Assembly (NCBI GenBank): GCA_963766465.1 | Contig: CAVXZT010000014.1 | Span: forward strand, 464,370 to 528,369 | Direction: 5' to 3' | DNA length: 64,000 bases | Source of the DNA: an uncultured Actinomycetota bacterium | Lineage (GTDB): Bacteria; Actinomycetota; Actinomycetes; Mycobacteriales; Mycobacteriaceae | Shown: positions 36,368 to 47,780 of the stretch, one piece after another | Position numbering within the stretch: position 1 is the first letter of the stretch | How the letters are laid out: each line of letters opens with the position of its first letter | Notes under the pieces: model-generated | The model's input: only the letters and a program-made list of their open reading frames with translations | Databases searched by the model: none | Told to the model about the DNA's origin: nothing | Made by a program: the position numbers and the translations under genes

Positions 36368-36423
36368 GCTCGCGATTCTCCCGCCCACCACTCTCACATT
36401 GCAGCCCATTAGGCTGTGTCGAC

Positions 36424-38010
36424 GTGAGTCTTCCCGTTGTGCTTATCGCCGACAAACTGGCCGAATCGACTGTCGCCGCCCTCGGTGACCAGGTAGAGGT
36501 CCGCTGGGTCGACGGCCCCGACCGAGAGAAGCTGCTGGCAGCTGTGCCGGAGGCGGACGCGCTCCTGGTGCGCTCGGCGACCACGGTCGACGCCGAGGTG
36601 CTCGCGGCCGGGTCCAAGCTGAAGATCGTCGCCCGGGCCGGCGTTGGCCTGGACAACGTCGACGTTGACGCCGCCACCGCCCGCGGTGTGTTGGTGGTCA
36701 ACGCGCCAACGTCGAACATCCACAGCGCCGCTGAGCACGCGCTGGCGCTGCTGTTGGCCGCCGCCCGCGAAATCCCGGCAGCGGATGCGTCGCTGCGCGA
36801 GCACACCTGGAAGCGGTCGAAGTTCTCCGGCACCGAGATCTTCGGCAAAATCGTCGGCGTGGTGGGGCTCGGCCGCATCGGCCAGCTGGTGGCGCAGCGG
36901 CTGGCCGCGTTCGGCACGCACGTCGTCGCGTACGACCCCTATGTCTCGCAGGCCCGCGCCGCGCAGCTCGGTATCGAGCTGCTGACCCTCGACGAGCTGC
37001 TCGGCCGCGCCGACTTCATCTCTGTGCACCTGCCGAAGACCCCGGAGACCGCCGGGCTGATCGGCAAGGAGGCGCTTGCCAAGACGAAGCCGGGCGTGAT
37101 CATCGTCAATGCCGCCAGGGGTGGACTGGTCGATGAGGAAGCGTTGGCGGAAGCCGTCAGGTCCGGACACGTCCGGGGCGCAGGCATCGACGTGTTCGCC
37201 AAGGAACCGACCACCGACAGCCCGCTGTTCGAGCTGCCCCAGGTCGTCGTCACACCACACCTCGGCGCATCGACCGGCGAAGCGCAGGACCGGGCCGGAA
37301 CCGATGTGGCCGAAAGCGTGAAGTTGGCGTTGGCCGGTGAATTCGTGCCTGACGCCGTCAATGTTGGCGGTGGTGTGGTCGGCGAGGAAGTGGCGCCGTG
37401 GCTCGATCTGGTCCGCAAACTCGGCGTGCTCGTCGGTGTGCTGTCCAGCGAACTGCCTGTGTCGTTGGCGGTCCAGGTGCGCGGTGAACTTGCTGCGGAA
37501 GATGTTGAGGTGCTGCGGCTTTCGGCGCTGCGCGGGTTGTTCTCCGCGATCATCGAAGACCCGGTGACGTTCGTCAACGCCCCCGCACTCGCGGCTGAAC
37601 GTGGCGTGCAGGCCGATATCAGCACAGCCACCGAGAGCCCCAACCACCGCAGTGTGGTCGACGTGCGTGCGGTGTACTCCGACGGTTCGGTGGCCAACGT
37701 GGCTGGCACACTTTCGGGGCCGCAACAGGTCGAGAAGATCGTCCAGATCAACGGCCGCAACTTCGATCTGCGCGCCGCAGGCATGTACCTGATCGTCAAC
37801 TACATCGACCAGCCGGGAACGCTCGGCAAGATCGGCACCTTGCTCGGTGCCGCCGATATCAACATCCACGCGGCGCAGCTCAGCGAGGATGCCGAAGGAC
37901 CGGGCGCGACGATCCTGCTGCGCATCGACCGCGACGTACCCTCCGATGCCCGCGCCGCGATCACCGAGGCTGTCGGCGCCAAACTGCTGGAAGTGGTGGA
38001 CCTGACGTGA
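36424..38010 (+). CDS. serA: D-3-phosphoglycerate dehydrogenase
   Basis: [31 protein letters not shown]-terminus. Confidence 0.98.
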   Translation: MSLPVVLIADKLAESTVAALGDQVEVRWVDGPDREKLLAAVPEADALLVRSATTVDAEVLAAGSKLKIVARAGVGLDNVDVDAATARGVLVVNAPTSNIHSAAEHALALLLAAAREIPAADASLREHTWKRSKFSGTEIFGKIVGVVGLGRIGQLVAQRLAAFGTHVVAYDPYVSQARAAQLGIELLTLDELLGRADFISVHLPKTPETAGLIGKEALAKTKPGVIIVNAARGGLVDEEALAEAVRSGHVRGAGIDVFAKEPTTDSPLFELPQVVVTPHLGASTGEAQDRAGTDVAESVKLALAGEFVPDAVNVGGGVVGEEVAPWLDLVRKLGVLVGVLSSELPVSLAVQVRGELAAEDVEVLRLSALRGLFSAIIEDPVTFVNAPALAAERGVQADISTATESPNHRSVVDVRAVYSDGSVANVAGTLSGPQQVEKIVQINGRNFDLRAAGMYLIVNYIDQPGTLGKIGTLLGAADINIHAAQLSEDAEGPGATILLRIDRDVPSDARAAITEAVGAKLLEVVDLT

Positions 38011-39017
38011 AATTGGCGATCATCGCCGGTGACGGCATCGGCCCCGAGGTTGTCGGCGAGGCCGTCAAGGTCCTCGACGCAGTGCTGCCCGGTGTCGAGA
38101 AGACAAGCTACGACCTGGGCGCGCGGCGCTATCACGCCACCGGTGAGGTCCTGCCTGACTCCGTGCTCGACGAGCTGCGAACCCACGATGCGATCCTGCT
38201 CGGCGCGATCGGTGACCCGTCGGTGCCCAGTGGCGTGCTGGAACGCGGCCTGTTGCTGCGTACCCGGTTCGCGCTCGACCACCACGTCAATCTCCGGCCG
38301 TCGCGTCTGTATCCCGGAGTCCAGAGTCCGTTGGCAGGCAACCCCGACATCGACTTCGTCGTCGTCCGCGAGGGCACCGAAGGCCCGTATACCGGTACGG
38401 GTGGAGCGATCCGGGTGGGCACACCCAACGAGATCGCCACCGAGGTCAGCGTCAACACGGCGTTCGGTGTCCGCCGCGTCGTCCACGATGCCTTCAGCAG
38501 GGCGCAACTGCGTCGCAAGCATCTGACGTTGGTGCACAAGAACAACGTGCTGACATTCGCAGGCGATCTATGGTGGCGCACGGTTCAGGAAGTCGCCACC
38601 GAGTATCCCGACGTTGAGACCGCGTACCAGCATGTGGATGCGGCAACGATCCACCTCGTCACCGACCCAGGGCGGTTCGACGTGATTGTCACCGACAACC
38701 TGTTCGGCGACATCATCACCGATCTCGCCGCCGCGGTGTGCGGTGGCATCGGCCTTGCCGCGAGCGGCAACATCGATGCGACGCGGACGAATCCGTCGAT
38801 GTTCGAGCCGGTACACGGCAGCGCGCCGGACATCGCGGGGCAGGGGATCGCCGATCCGACCGCTGCGGTCATGTCCGTCTCGCTGCTGCTGTCGCACGTC
38901 GGTGAGGACGACGCCGCCGCCAAGGTCGACAAGGCGGTCGAGCACCATCTGGCGACGCGCGGTGACGAGAAGTTGTCCACCACGCAGGTCGGCGATCGGA
39001 TCGCAGCCAGCCTCTAG
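38007..39017 (+). CDS. leuB: 3-isopropylmalate dehydrogenase
   Basis: [14 protein letters not shown]-like [29 protein letters not shown]. Confidence 0.96.
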   Translation: MKLAIIAGDGIGPEVVGEAVKVLDAVLPGVEKTSYDLGARRYHATGEVLPDSVLDELRTHDAILLGAIGDPSVPSGVLERGLLLRTRFALDHHVNLRPSRLYPGVQSPLAGNPDIDFVVVREGTEGPYTGTGGAIRVGTPNEIATEVSVNTAFGVRRVVHDAFSRAQLRRKHLTLVHKNNVLTFAGDLWWRTVQEVATEYPDVETAYQHVDAATIHLVTDPGRFDVIVTDNLFGDIITDLAAAVCGGIGLAASGNIDATRTNPSMFEPVHGSAPDIAGQGIADPTAAVMSVSLLLSHVGEDDAAAKVDKAVEHHLATRGDEKLSTTQVGDRIAASL

Positions 39018-39039
39018 GTGTTCTCGTGCACCGACTTAG

Positions 39040-39098
39040 CCGAGATCTGCGTGAGGGTTGTTGTCGTGACGAAATCACGACCCTGACGCAGAACTCGG
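39040..39098. repeat. REP-like long imperfect palindrome between convergent leuB and MFS genes
   Basis: CCGAG-ATCTGCGT-GAGGGT...ACCCTG-ACGCAGA-ACTCGG. Confidence 0.65.
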
Positions 39099-39102
39099 CG
39101 AG

Positions 39103-40296
39103 TTATTGCTGACCCATCGGGTCGGCTTCGACTGGTACCAAGGGCATCGCGATCAGCGGGAACAGCGCGCACACCGCGAAGGCGGCGGGGTAGCCGGCAA
39201 CTCCGATCAGACCGCCGAACAGAGGCGGCGCGATGCCCGCCGTCAGCAGCTGGCTGGTGTTCTGCGTGCCGAGCGCGCGACCGCTCCAGAATGGCCCGGC
39301 GATCTCTGCGATCGCGGTGAACGCCAATCCGTTGTCGGACACCGTGATCACCGATGCGATTACCATCACCGCCACGCTGACGGGGGAGTCGAGCCAATCG
39401 GTAAGCGCCAGCAGGGCCATCGCCGCCGCTGCGGCCAGCGCTATGGTGCGGATCGGCCGTAGTCGCGAACCTACGATGTCGGACCAGCGTCCCGCAGCGA
39501 TTCGTCCAGCGGCGCCCAATATCTGGGCGGCCGTCACCATCGCGCCCGCCGACGCCGCCGACCATCCGCGATCGCTCATCAGCCATACCAGCGTGAACGT
39601 CCACACCACCACCTGAGGAGCAACCAGCAGGCAGGAGACGGCGTGGATGCGCCACAACACCGGCGATCCGCGGTACGGGTTGGCCAGATCGGATTCGGCT
39701 GCCTCATGCCTCGGCGGTCGCGGCGGGTCGATCACGGCGACCGCGCACACCACCGCCGACACCGCGCACACCACGGCAGGAAACAGCAGGGCGGCCGCGA
39801 CGCCGTGGCTCTCCGCGAGACGTGGAATCACCAAGGCGCCCAATCCGACTCCCAGCGGCTGTGCGGTCTGTCGGATTCCCATCACCAGACCGCGTTGCTC
39901 GGGCGGAAACCATCCGACCACCAGTCGGCCGCTTGCCGAGTTACTGCTGGCCGCCGCCATGCCGCCAAGCAGGAGGAATGCACCGACGGCGACGAGCGAA
40001 TGGGCCGACGCGGCCGCGAACGCTGCAGCAGCCGTCAGTGCCGAACCCAATGCAAGCACGATCCGCTCGCCGATTCGGTCAACGACGTAGCCCCAGGCAA
40101 TCAGCGTCGCCACCATGCCGAAGCTGGGCATCGATGACAGCAGGCCCGCTTGCGCCAAATCCAGGCCGCGTTCGGCGTGCAGCGTCGGGATGAGGAAGGC
40201 CGCGCCGTTGATGAAGACGTTCGCGCACAGCGTCGCGGTAAGCGCGATGACCAACATCGACCAACGACGCACAGTGCTGATCGATTCGACGGACAC
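39103..40296 (-). CDS. MFS transporter (Rv2994-like)
   Basis: About 12 TM segments, GYVVDRIGERIVL and GRWSDIVGSR MFS loop motifs. Confidence 0.92.
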   Translation of the reverse strand: MSVESISTVRRWSMLVIALTATLCANVFINGAAFLIPTLHAERGLDLAQAGLLSSMPSFGMVATLIAWGYVVDRIGERIVLALGSALTAAAAFAAASAHSLVAVGAFLLLGGMAAASSNSASGRLVVGWFPPEQRGLVMGIRQTAQPLGVGLGALVIPRLAESHGVAAALLFPAVVCAVSAVVCAVAVIDPPRPPRHEAAESDLANPYRGSPVLWRIHAVSCLLVAPQVVVWTFTLVWLMSDRGWSAASAGAMVTAAQILGAAGRIAAGRWSDIVGSRLRPIRTIALAAAAAMALLALTDWLDSPVSVAVMVIASVITVSDNGLAFTAIAEIAGPFWSGRALGTQNTSQLLTAGIAPPLFGGLIGVAGYPAAFAVCALFPLIAMPLVPVEADPMGQQ

Positions 40297-40317
40297 CCGA
40301 CCATGGTCGCACAGCCA

Positions 40318-40353
40318 TCTCACAATGCTGAACCTTCTTTCCACATAGTGAGA
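40318..40353. promoter_or_regulatory. Two IclR-type operator copies
   Basis: TCTCACAATGCTGAA 40318-40332 and TTCCACATAGTGAGA 40339-40353 resemble the leuC site TCCCAGATTGTGAGA. Confidence 0.55.
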
Positions 40354-40410
40354 CGATGGCGCACCGAACCTGGCCGCGGCCGCCGCGATCACGGCCACTA
40401 GGCTGACAAC

Positions 40411-41196
40411 ATGCGTCTTGGCCGAATCGCCAGCCCCGATGGTGTTGCCTTCGTCAGCATCGAAGGACCTACCGATGACCCGAACGAGGCAATCGCGAAG
40501 GAAATCGCCGAGCATCCGTTCGGCACCCCCAGCTTCACCGGCCGCCAATGGCCGCTGGCCGACGTACGTCTGCTGGCGCCGATCCTGGCGAGCAAGGTGG
40601 TGTGCATCGGCAAGAATTACGCCGCGCACGTCGCAGAGATGGGCGGCGGAACGTTTCCCGATCCTGTGATGTTCATGAAGCCGAACACCGCGATCATCGG
40701 ACCCAACGTGCCGATCCAACTGCCTGCCGACGCCAACCCGGTTCATTTCGAGGGCGAGCTCGCCGTCGTCATCGGCCGGCCCTGCAAGGACGTGCCCGCC
40801 GCCAGGGCCGCGGAGAACATTCTTGGTTACGCGATCGGAAACGACGTGTCGGCACGCGATCAGCAGAAGAAGGACGGGCAGTGGACCCGGGCGAAGGGGC
40901 ACGACACGTTCTGCCCGATCGGTCCGTGGATCGTCACCGACGTCGACCCCGCCGATCTCGACATCCGTACCGAGGTCAACGGCGAGGTCAAGCAGCACAG
41001 CCGGACCTCGCTGATGATCCATGACATCGGCGCGATCGTGGAGTGGATCTCGGCGGTGATGACACTGCTGCCCGGCGATCTGATTCTCACCGGAACCCCC
41101 GAGGGGGTTGGCCCGATCGAGGACGGCGACACCGTCAGCATTACCATCGAGGGCATCGGAACCTTGACCAATCCTGTTGTCCGCAAAGGAAAGTGA
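40411..41196 (+). CDS. Fumarylacetoacetate hydrolase family protein (Rv2993c-like)
   Basis: [46 protein letters not shown]. Confidence 0.94.
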   Translation: MRLGRIASPDGVAFVSIEGPTDDPNEAIAKEIAEHPFGTPSFTGRQWPLADVRLLAPILASKVVCIGKNYAAHVAEMGGGTFPDPVMFMKPNTAIIGPNVPIQLPADANPVHFEGELAVVIGRPCKDVPAARAAENILGYAIGNDVSARDQQKKDGQWTRAKGHDTFCPIGPWIVTDVDPADLDIRTEVNGEVKQHSRTSLMIHDIGAIVEWISAVMTLLPGDLILTGTPEGVGPIEDGDTVSITIEGIGTLTNPVVRKGK

Positions 41197-42674
41197 TGAC
41201 GGTACGAGTTCGGTTCTGCCCGTCGCCCACCGGCACGCCGCACGTTGGCCTTATCCGCACCGCATTGTTCAACTGGGCCTACGCCCGCCATACCGGTGGG
41301 GCCTTCGTGTTCCGGCTGGAAGACACCGACGCCGAACGCGACAGCGAGGAAAGCTATTTGGCGCTGCTGGATGCGCTGAGCTGGCTAGGGCTGAACTACG
41401 ACGAGGGTCCAGACATCGGTGGGCCGTATGCGCCCTACCGGCAGTCAGAGCGTGGTGAGATCTATCGCGATGTGGTGGCGCGGTTGCTGGACGCGGGCGA
41501 GGCGTATGAGGCGTTCTCAACGCCGGAGGAGGTCGAGGCTCGGCATGTGGCGGCGGGCCGTAATCCTAAGCTGGGCTACGACAACTTCGACCGCGACCTC
41601 ACCGACGAGCAGCGCGCCACGTTCGTCGCCGAGGGCCGCAAGCCAGTGGTTCGGCTGCGGATGCCCGACACGGACATTTCGTGGCCCGACCTGGTGCGCG
41701 GTGATACCACCTTCGCCGCAGGCGTCGTTCCGGACTTCGCGCTGACGCGGGCGAGCGGAGATCCGTTGTACACCTTGGTCAATCCGGTCGATGACGCCCT
41801 GATGAAGATCACCCACGTGCTGCGCGGCGAGGACCTGCTGTCCTCGACACCACGCCAGATCGCGCTGTATCAGGCACTGATCCGCATCGGAGTCGCGCAA
41901 CGCGTTCCCGACTTCGCCCATCTGCCAAGCGTTCTCGGCGACGGAAACAAGAAGCTCTCCAAGCGTGATCCACAGTCGAATCTGTTCCTGCACCGCGAAC
42001 GCGGTTTCATCCCCGAGGGTCTGCTGAACTACTTGGCCCTGCTTGGCTGGGGAATCGCCGAGGATCGTGACGTCTTCAGCCTCGACGAGATGGTCGCGGC
42101 GTTCGACGTCGTCGACGTCAACTCGAACCCCGCCCGCTTCGATCAGAAGAAGGCCGATGCGCTCAACGCCGAACACATCCGGCTGCTGAGCGAAGAGGAC
42201 TTCACCGAACGGCTTCGCGTGTACTTTGCCGCCCACGGCCACGACACCGGGCTTGACGACAGACAATTCAGGGAGGCTGCGCTCCTGGTGCAGACCCGAA
42301 TTGTCGTCCTCGGCGACGCGTGGGATCTGCTGAAGTTCCTCAACGACAACGGATTCACCATTGACGAGAAATCGGCAACCAAGGAGCTGCGTGGCGACGC
42401 GTCCCAGGTGCTCGACGCCGCGATCACCGCGCTCGAGGATGTCGGGGAGTGGACGACCGCGAAGATCGAGATAGCGCTCAAGGTCGCGTTGCTGGAAAAC
42501 CTCGCGCTCAAACCACGCAAGGCGTTCGGTCCGATCCGGGTGGCCGCCACCGGCGCGTCGATCAGCCCGCCGCTGTTCGAGTCGCTCGAACTGCTCGGCC
42601 GCGACCGCAGCCTGCACCGGCTGCGCGCCGGACGAGACCTCGCTGCTGCCACCGCTGCCGCGGCCGAGGCGTGA
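41196..42674 (+). CDS. gltX: Glutamate-tRNA ligase
   Basis: [13 protein letters not shown] (HIGH-like), KKLSKR (KMSKS-like). Confidence 0.98.
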   Translation: MTVRVRFCPSPTGTPHVGLIRTALFNWAYARHTGGAFVFRLEDTDAERDSEESYLALLDALSWLGLNYDEGPDIGGPYAPYRQSERGEIYRDVVARLLDAGEAYEAFSTPEEVEARHVAAGRNPKLGYDNFDRDLTDEQRATFVAEGRKPVVRLRMPDTDISWPDLVRGDTTFAAGVVPDFALTRASGDPLYTLVNPVDDALMKITHVLRGEDLLSSTPRQIALYQALIRIGVAQRVPDFAHLPSVLGDGNKKLSKRDPQSNLFLHRERGFIPEGLLNYLALLGWGIAEDRDVFSLDEMVAAFDVVDVNSNPARFDQKKADALNAEHIRLLSEEDFTERLRVYFAAHGHDTGLDDRQFREAALLVQTRIVVLGDAWDLLKFLNDNGFTIDEKSATKELRGDASQVLDAAITALEDVGEWTTAKIEIALKVALLENLALKPRKAFGPIRVAATGASISPPLFESLELLGRDRSLHRLRAGRDLAAATAAAAEA

Positions 42675-42793
42675 GAAAGCCACCCGCGAATCTTTGATAG
42701 TCTGCACGTCGGCCCGATACGACAGGCGACGAAAGTGCGCTGGGCGTAGCCGAGCTAAAAAAGGGCTTGTGACCTGTGGTTATAGGCAGCCAA

Positions 42794-42865
42794 TGGGGTA
42801 TGGTGTAATTGGCAACACAGCGGTTTCTGGTACCGCCATTCTAGGTTCGAGTCCTGGTACCCCAG
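42794..42865 (+). tRNA. tRNA-Gln(CTG)
   Basis: TGGGGTA/TACCCCA acceptor stem, GCGGT-TT CTG GT-ACCGC anticodon arm, GGTTCGAGTCC T arm, CCA encoded at 42866-42868. Confidence 0.97.
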
Positions 42866-42959
42866 CCAATGCGATGAGCGCTCGCGCGAAGAACGTCGAG
42901 TTCCAGCGGATTAGGACCGCAATATTCACTGGGATATGCTGGCTCTCCGGAAAGTTCTG

Positions 42960-43032
42960 GCCCCCGTCGTCTAGCGGCCTAGGACGCCGCCCTCTCACGG
43001 CGGTAGCGTGGGTTCGAATCCCATCGGGGGTA
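42960..43032 (+). tRNA. tRNA-Glu(CTC)
   Basis: GCCCCCG/CGGGGGT acceptor stem, CCGCC-CT CTC AC-GGCGG anticodon arm, GGTTCGAATCC T arm. Confidence 0.97.
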
Positions 43033-43092
43033 CAAACCGTTTCGAGCAGGTGTTCAGCTGCCGTGCCCGCGTGTTTTGGTAGTGCTACGGGA

Positions 43093-44678
43093 TCACATCT
43101 TCTTCTGTTTCTTCAGCTCCGTCGCGCCCTGATCGTCTGGCGCTCCTACGCTCCCGTTGCCTGCCGTCTTGCTGGCGCCGGCAGAATCGGTCCTTTCGTC
43201 GCCACGCTTCGGCGACGCCGTCGCAGCGCCCTTGGTGGTTGACGGGTCGGCCGCATCGGGGGTCGTGGCGCCGCTCGCGTTCCCCGAAGGGGTGGACGTG
43301 GCCGACCCCGTCGAGTCGGGCTCGTCCTTGGAGGCGGCGGCATCGTTATCCTGTTGCGTCGCTGCTGATTTACGGTCCGTGACGACTGTGCCGGCATCCG
43401 GTGCAGACGTGGTCCCCGACTTGGCGTCGACGTCAACCGGTGCGGAGCGGTCAACCGTGACCGCACGGCGTCTGGCCGTTGCAAGAGCGGCGTAGTCGGC
43501 CGGTGGTGCCGCTGAGACGAGGGCGAAGGACTGCGGGGCGCGCTGCGCCGCCATGGCTGCGGTCACGGCGCCCTCGGGTCCCACGACCCGACCTATCGCG
43601 TCGACCACACCGGAGATCACGGCGACCTTCGCGTTGGCGAGACCTTTGACCACGCGCACCCCCGCGTCGATCAATCGGTTGATGACCTGAACCGTGACAT
43701 CCACGGCGGCGGAGAACAATTGAGCCCCTGCCCGGATCACGCGTTCCGTCGTGTTGATGATCGCGCGCACGAATTCTACGGCCGCGTCCACGAGCCGGCG
43801 TTCCGGTGGCTCCGGCAGTTGACCACCGGCGAAGTCTGCGATGACCTTCGCCGCCAACTTGGGCGTCCAGTCGCTGTAGAAGAAGCCGAAGTTCTTCGAG
43901 ATGTCCAGGTCGCCGCTGGATGTGTCGCGGGTCGAGTAGATGAACATCGGGCGTCGAAGGACCCCTTCGCCCCGGCCGCATACATCTGTTCTATGAAGTC
44001 CTCCGGGTTCATCGTGGCCCGCCCGGCGTTGAACAGCGAGACGACCACACCGCCGACGACAGTGGCCGACGGATCGGCCGTCTTGATTGCCGTGTAGCCC
44101 GTTTGCAGCATTCGCGTGTAGGCCACCGGGTCGACGGGATTCCAGAAGTTGATGCCGTTGGGTTCGTTCCACACCTCGTACGCCGAGATCTTGCCCTGGT
44201 AGCGATCTGCCGCCGCGCCGGCGAACGTCGCGAATACGTCCGGGTCGGGGTGTCCGCTGAGATAGCGGTTGCTGGCCCACAGTGGCGTGGAATTGAGCAC
44301 GGCCAGCACTCCCATATTGCGCGCCGCAGCGGCGTTGACCATTCGGTCAACGTTCGCCCAGTTGTATCGATTCGCATTGAACGGTTGAACGCCTGCCTAG
44401 GGGATGACGATGCGAACGTTTTGCACGCCCATCGCCTGCAGCGTGTCGAGGGTCCTGTCGACGTCAGCCTGCGACCGGTTGTACAGGTCGGAGTCGGCGC
44501 TGCCAATTGTTGTCGGCGCCTCAATGATGCCCGCCGTTTGAATGAATTCGCGTGCCGAGGGTCTTGGCGAGACCATCTGGTCCTGGCCCGCGGCAGCGCC
44601 AACAACAGCGGCGGCTACCGCGGCGATAACCAGGCGACTTGCCACGACGCGGAGCGTCTTGCGGCCGAATGCTGTCAC
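43093..44678 (-). pseudogene. Secreted clan GH-A (GH5/GH39-like) glycoside hydrolase with low-complexity tail, disrupted
   Basis: Signal peptide, QAMGVQNVRI, YEVWNEPN. In-frame TAG at 44397-44399 where Trp is expected; FDA joined out of frame to PMFIYSTRD near 43950, with no HPY or TEYG segment. Confidence 0.75.
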
Positions 44679-44796
44679 GGCGACCTCGATTTCAGCGGCC
44701 CCGAGCGTGCCACCATGGATCAGCAAAATTGACGCTAGCCCTAATTATTGGCGGCCGCGACGCATTGACGGATTCGAATGGCCCGCGGCCGGGGGG

Positions 44797-45498
44797 TTAC
44801 AACCTGCGGGTGATGGCGTCGGCCGCAGCCAAAAGGTCGGCCGCCCACCGGGGGCCGGGTCGGCGTCCCATCCGGTCGATCGGTCCGGACACCGACACCG
44901 CCGCGATCACCGCGCCTGTGCCGTCGCGCACCGGCGCCGAGACGCTGGCCACACCGGGTTCACGCTCGGCGGCGCTCTGTGCCCACCCACGCTTGCGCAC
45001 CTCGGCAAGTGCGCGATCGGTGAACATCGCCGCGGGCAGCACCGCCTGTTGCGTCGCGGCATCCGCGTGAGCCAGCAACACCTTGGCGCCCGACCCGGCC
45101 GTCATGGGAAGCTGAGCGCCGACGGGCACCGTATCCCGAAGTCCCGCAGGCGGTTCCAGCGCGGCAATGCAGATCCTCGACGTACCTTCGCGGCGGTAAA
45201 GCTGAACGCTCTCGCCGGTGATCTCTCGTAGCCGGGGCAATACCACTGCACCGGCGGCCAGCAACGGGTCGTTGACCTGCCCGGCCAATTCGGTCAGCGC
45301 CGGACCAAGTCGCCACATGCCATCCCCGTTGCGGCTCAGCAGCCGATGCACTTCAAGACCCGCGGCCAGTCGGTGCGCGGTGGCGCGCGGTAGGCCGGTG
45401 CGCTCGCAAAGCTCAGCCAGCCCGCACGGCGCGTCGGCCACCGCGCGCAGGACACCCACCGCTTTGTCGAGCACGCCGATGCCGCTATCCTGTCTCAT
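44797..45498 (-). CDS. IclR family regulator (Rv2989/LtbR-like)
   Basis: GIGVLDKAVGVL, TGLPRATAHRL HTH, GSGAKVLLA, ASVSAPV. Divergent from leuC. Confidence 0.94.
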   Translation of the reverse strand: MRQDSGIGVLDKAVGVLRAVADAPCGLAELCERTGLPRATAHRLAAGLEVHRLLSRNGDGMWRLGPALTELAGQVNDPLLAAGAVVLPRLREITGESVQLYRREGTSRICIAALEPPAGLRDTVPVGAQLPMTAGSGAKVLLAHADAATQQAVLPAAMFTDRALAEVRKRGWAQSAAEREPGVASVSAPVRDGTGAVIAAVSVSGPIDRMGRRPGPRWAADLLAAADAITRRL

Positions 45499-45513
45499 AG
45501 AGAGATACTAGCT

Positions 45514-45528
45514 TCCCAGATTGTGAGA
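45514..45528. promoter_or_regulatory. IclR-type operator upstream of leuC
   Basis: Imperfect palindrome TCCCA-GATTG-TGAGA in the 39-bp IclR/leuC intergenic region. Confidence 0.62.
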
Positions 45529-45537
45529 TAGTCAAGC

Positions 45538-46971
45538 ATGACCACCGTCGACACGCCGCGCACCATGGCAGAGAAAGTGTGGGCTGACCACGTTGTCGCC
45601 CACGGCCCGGGCGAAGGCGCAGCGCGCCAGCCCGACCTGATCTACATCGACCTGCACCTCGTGCATGAGGTCACCAGCCCGCAGGCATTCGACGGACTAC
45701 GCCTTGCCGGGCGCACTGTGCGCAGGCCCGACCTCACCATCGCCACCGAGGACCACAACGTGCCGACGATCGACATCGACAAGCCGATCGCCGACCCAAT
45801 CTCGCGAACTCAGGTCGACACGCTGCGCCACAACTGCGAAGAGTTCGGCATCCGGCTGCACCCGATGGGCGACGCCGAACAAGGCATCGTGCACATCATC
45901 GGGCCGCAACTGGGACTGACGCAGCCCGGCATGACTGTCGTATGCGGCGACAGCCACACCTCAACTCACGGCGCATTCGGTGCGATCGCGATGGGCATCG
46001 GTACGTCCGAGGTGGAGCACGTGCTCGCTACGCAGACCTTGCCGCTGCGTCCGTTCAAGACCATGGCGGTCAACGTGGATGGAAAGTTGCCGCCCGGTGT
46101 CAGTGCGAAGGACATCATTCTCGCCGTGATTGCGAAGATCGGCACCGGCGGGGGACAGGGGCATGTCATCGAATACCGCGGCAGCGCCATCGAATCGCTG
46201 TCGATGGAGGGCCGGATGACGATTTGCAATATGAGCATCGAGGCCGGCGCTCGCGCAGGCATGGTGGCTCCTGACGAAACTACGTTCGAATTCTTGCGCG
46301 GGCGTCCGCATGCGCCGACTGGCGCCGATTGGGACGCGGCCGTCGCCGCGTGGACTCAACTGAGAACTGACGAAGGCGCCGAATTCGATACCGAGGTGTA
46401 CCTCGACGCGTCGACGCTGAGCCCGTTCGTCACTTGGGGCACCAATCCCGGACAGGGCGTTCCGCTGTCGAGCTCGGTGCCTGACCCCGAGTTGATGTTC
46501 GACGACGCCGAACGGCAGACAGCCGAGAAAGCGTTGGCGTACATGGACCTTCGGCCCGGCACAGCGATGCGCGACATCTCGGTGGACACCGTTTTCGTCG
46601 GGTCGTGCACCAACGGAAGGATCGAAGATCTGCGCGTCGTCGCCGACGTCCTGCGCGGCCGCAAGATCGCCGACGGGGTGCGGATGCTGGTTGTGCCGGG
46701 CTCGATGCGGGTGCGAGCGCAGGCCGAATCCGAGGGGCTCGGCGACGTCTTCACCGTTGCGGGGGCGGAGTGGCGACAGGCCGGTTGTTCGATGTGCCTC
46801 GGCATGAATCCGGACCAGCTGTTGCCGGGACAGCGTTGCGCGTCGACGTCCAATCGCAATTTCGAGGGCAGGCAGGGCAAGGGTGGGCGCACCCATCTGG
46901 TGTCGCCTGCGGTCGCCGCCGCGACAGCCGTGCGTGGCACGTTGTCGTCGCCTGCGGACCTGACTGACTAA
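45538..46971 (+). CDS. leuC: 3-isopropylmalate dehydratase large subunit
   Basis: [36 protein letters not shown]. Confidence 0.98.
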   Translation: MTTVDTPRTMAEKVWADHVVAHGPGEGAARQPDLIYIDLHLVHEVTSPQAFDGLRLAGRTVRRPDLTIATEDHNVPTIDIDKPIADPISRTQVDTLRHNCEEFGIRLHPMGDAEQGIVHIIGPQLGLTQPGMTVVCGDSHTSTHGAFGAIAMGIGTSEVEHVLATQTLPLRPFKTMAVNVDGKLPPGVSAKDIILAVIAKIGTGGGQGHVIEYRGSAIESLSMEGRMTICNMSIEAGARAGMVAPDETTFEFLRGRPHAPTGADWDAAVAAWTQLRTDEGAEFDTEVYLDASTLSPFVTWGTNPGQGVPLSSSVPDPELMFDDAERQTAEKALAYMDLRPGTAMRDISVDTVFVGSCTNGRIEDLRVVADVLRGRKIADGVRMLVVPGSMRVRAQAESEGLGDVFTVAGAEWRQAGCSMCLGMNPDQLLPGQRCASTSNRNFEGRQGKGGRTHLVSPAVAAATAVRGTLSSPADLTD

Positions 46972-46983
46972 TAGGAGATCGTT

Positions 46984-47577
46984 ATGGAAGCGTTCCGCAC
47001 CCACACAGGCATCGGCGTTCCGTTGCGTCGGTCGAATGTCGACACCGACCAGATCATTCCCGCTGTCTATCTGAAGCGGGTCACCCGAACAGGTTTCGAG
47101 GATGGACTCTTCGCCGCATGGCGGAACGATCCGGCGTTCATTCTGAATCTGGCCCCGTTCGACAAGGGATCGGTGTTGGTCGCCGGGCCCGATTTCGGCA
47201 CCGGTTCGTCGCGCGAACACGCGGTGTGGGCACTGATGGACTTCGGGTTCAGGGTGGTTATCTCGTCTCGGTTCGCCGACATTTTTCGCGGCAACGCGGG
47301 CAAGGCGGGACTTTTGGCCGCAGAAATTTCTCAAGATGATGTTGAACTCCTGTGGAAGCTCATTGAGGAGCATCCCGGCATGGAAATCACTGTGAATCTT
47401 CAAGATCGGAATATCGTCGCGGGAACGGTCATGGTGCCGTTCAACATTGACGATTACACCGCCTGGCGGCTGCTCGAAGGACTCGACGATATAGGCCTTA
47501 CGCTGCAAAAACGCGATGAAATCGAGTCGTACGAAGCAAGCAGGCCGGACTGGAAGCCGCGCACTCTGCCCGTCTGA
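46984..47577 (+). CDS. leuD: 3-isopropylmalate dehydratase small subunit
   Basis: [31 protein letters not shown]. Confidence 0.98.
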   Translation: MEAFRTHTGIGVPLRRSNVDTDQIIPAVYLKRVTRTGFEDGLFAAWRNDPAFILNLAPFDKGSVLVAGPDFGTGSSREHAVWALMDFGFRVVISSRFADIFRGNAGKAGLLAAEISQDDVELLWKLIEEHPGMEITVNLQDRNIVAGTVMVPFNIDDYTAWRLLEGLDDIGLTLQKRDEIESYEASRPDWKPRTLPV

Positions 47578-47628
47578 TGACGCGGCCTCGGCGGGCCGAA
47601 ATCGCCGCCTTCGCTCCGCTTCTCGGGG

Positions 47629-47649
47629 CCCTTGGCAGGAGGCCAAGGG
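47629..47649 (+). terminator. Hairpin after leuD
   Basis: CCCTTGGC-AGGAG-GCCAAGGG. Confidence 0.45.
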
Positions 47650-47780
47650 GGGCAAGCGGATTGCCAAAAAGTTCGCCAGCTATGGCTGAAAATGGGCGTG
47701 GCTCTTGGAAATCAGTGGGCAATGGGTTTACCGTGTCCTCTGTTGGTCCAAAGTGGGCCACTGGTATGTGGAGGTTTTGC

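Noticed and set aside
43033-44800. Integrative element or prophage at tRNA-Glu with attR near 44770-44801
   Set aside because: No integrase. The GGATTCGAAT...GGGGGGTTACA resemblance to the tRNA 3' end is loose and overlaps the IclR stop codon.
47577-47780. 68-aa N-terminal extension of HupB
   Set aside because: GGAGG precedes ATG 47781 and the canonical MNKAELI start; the extension is open intergenic sequence.
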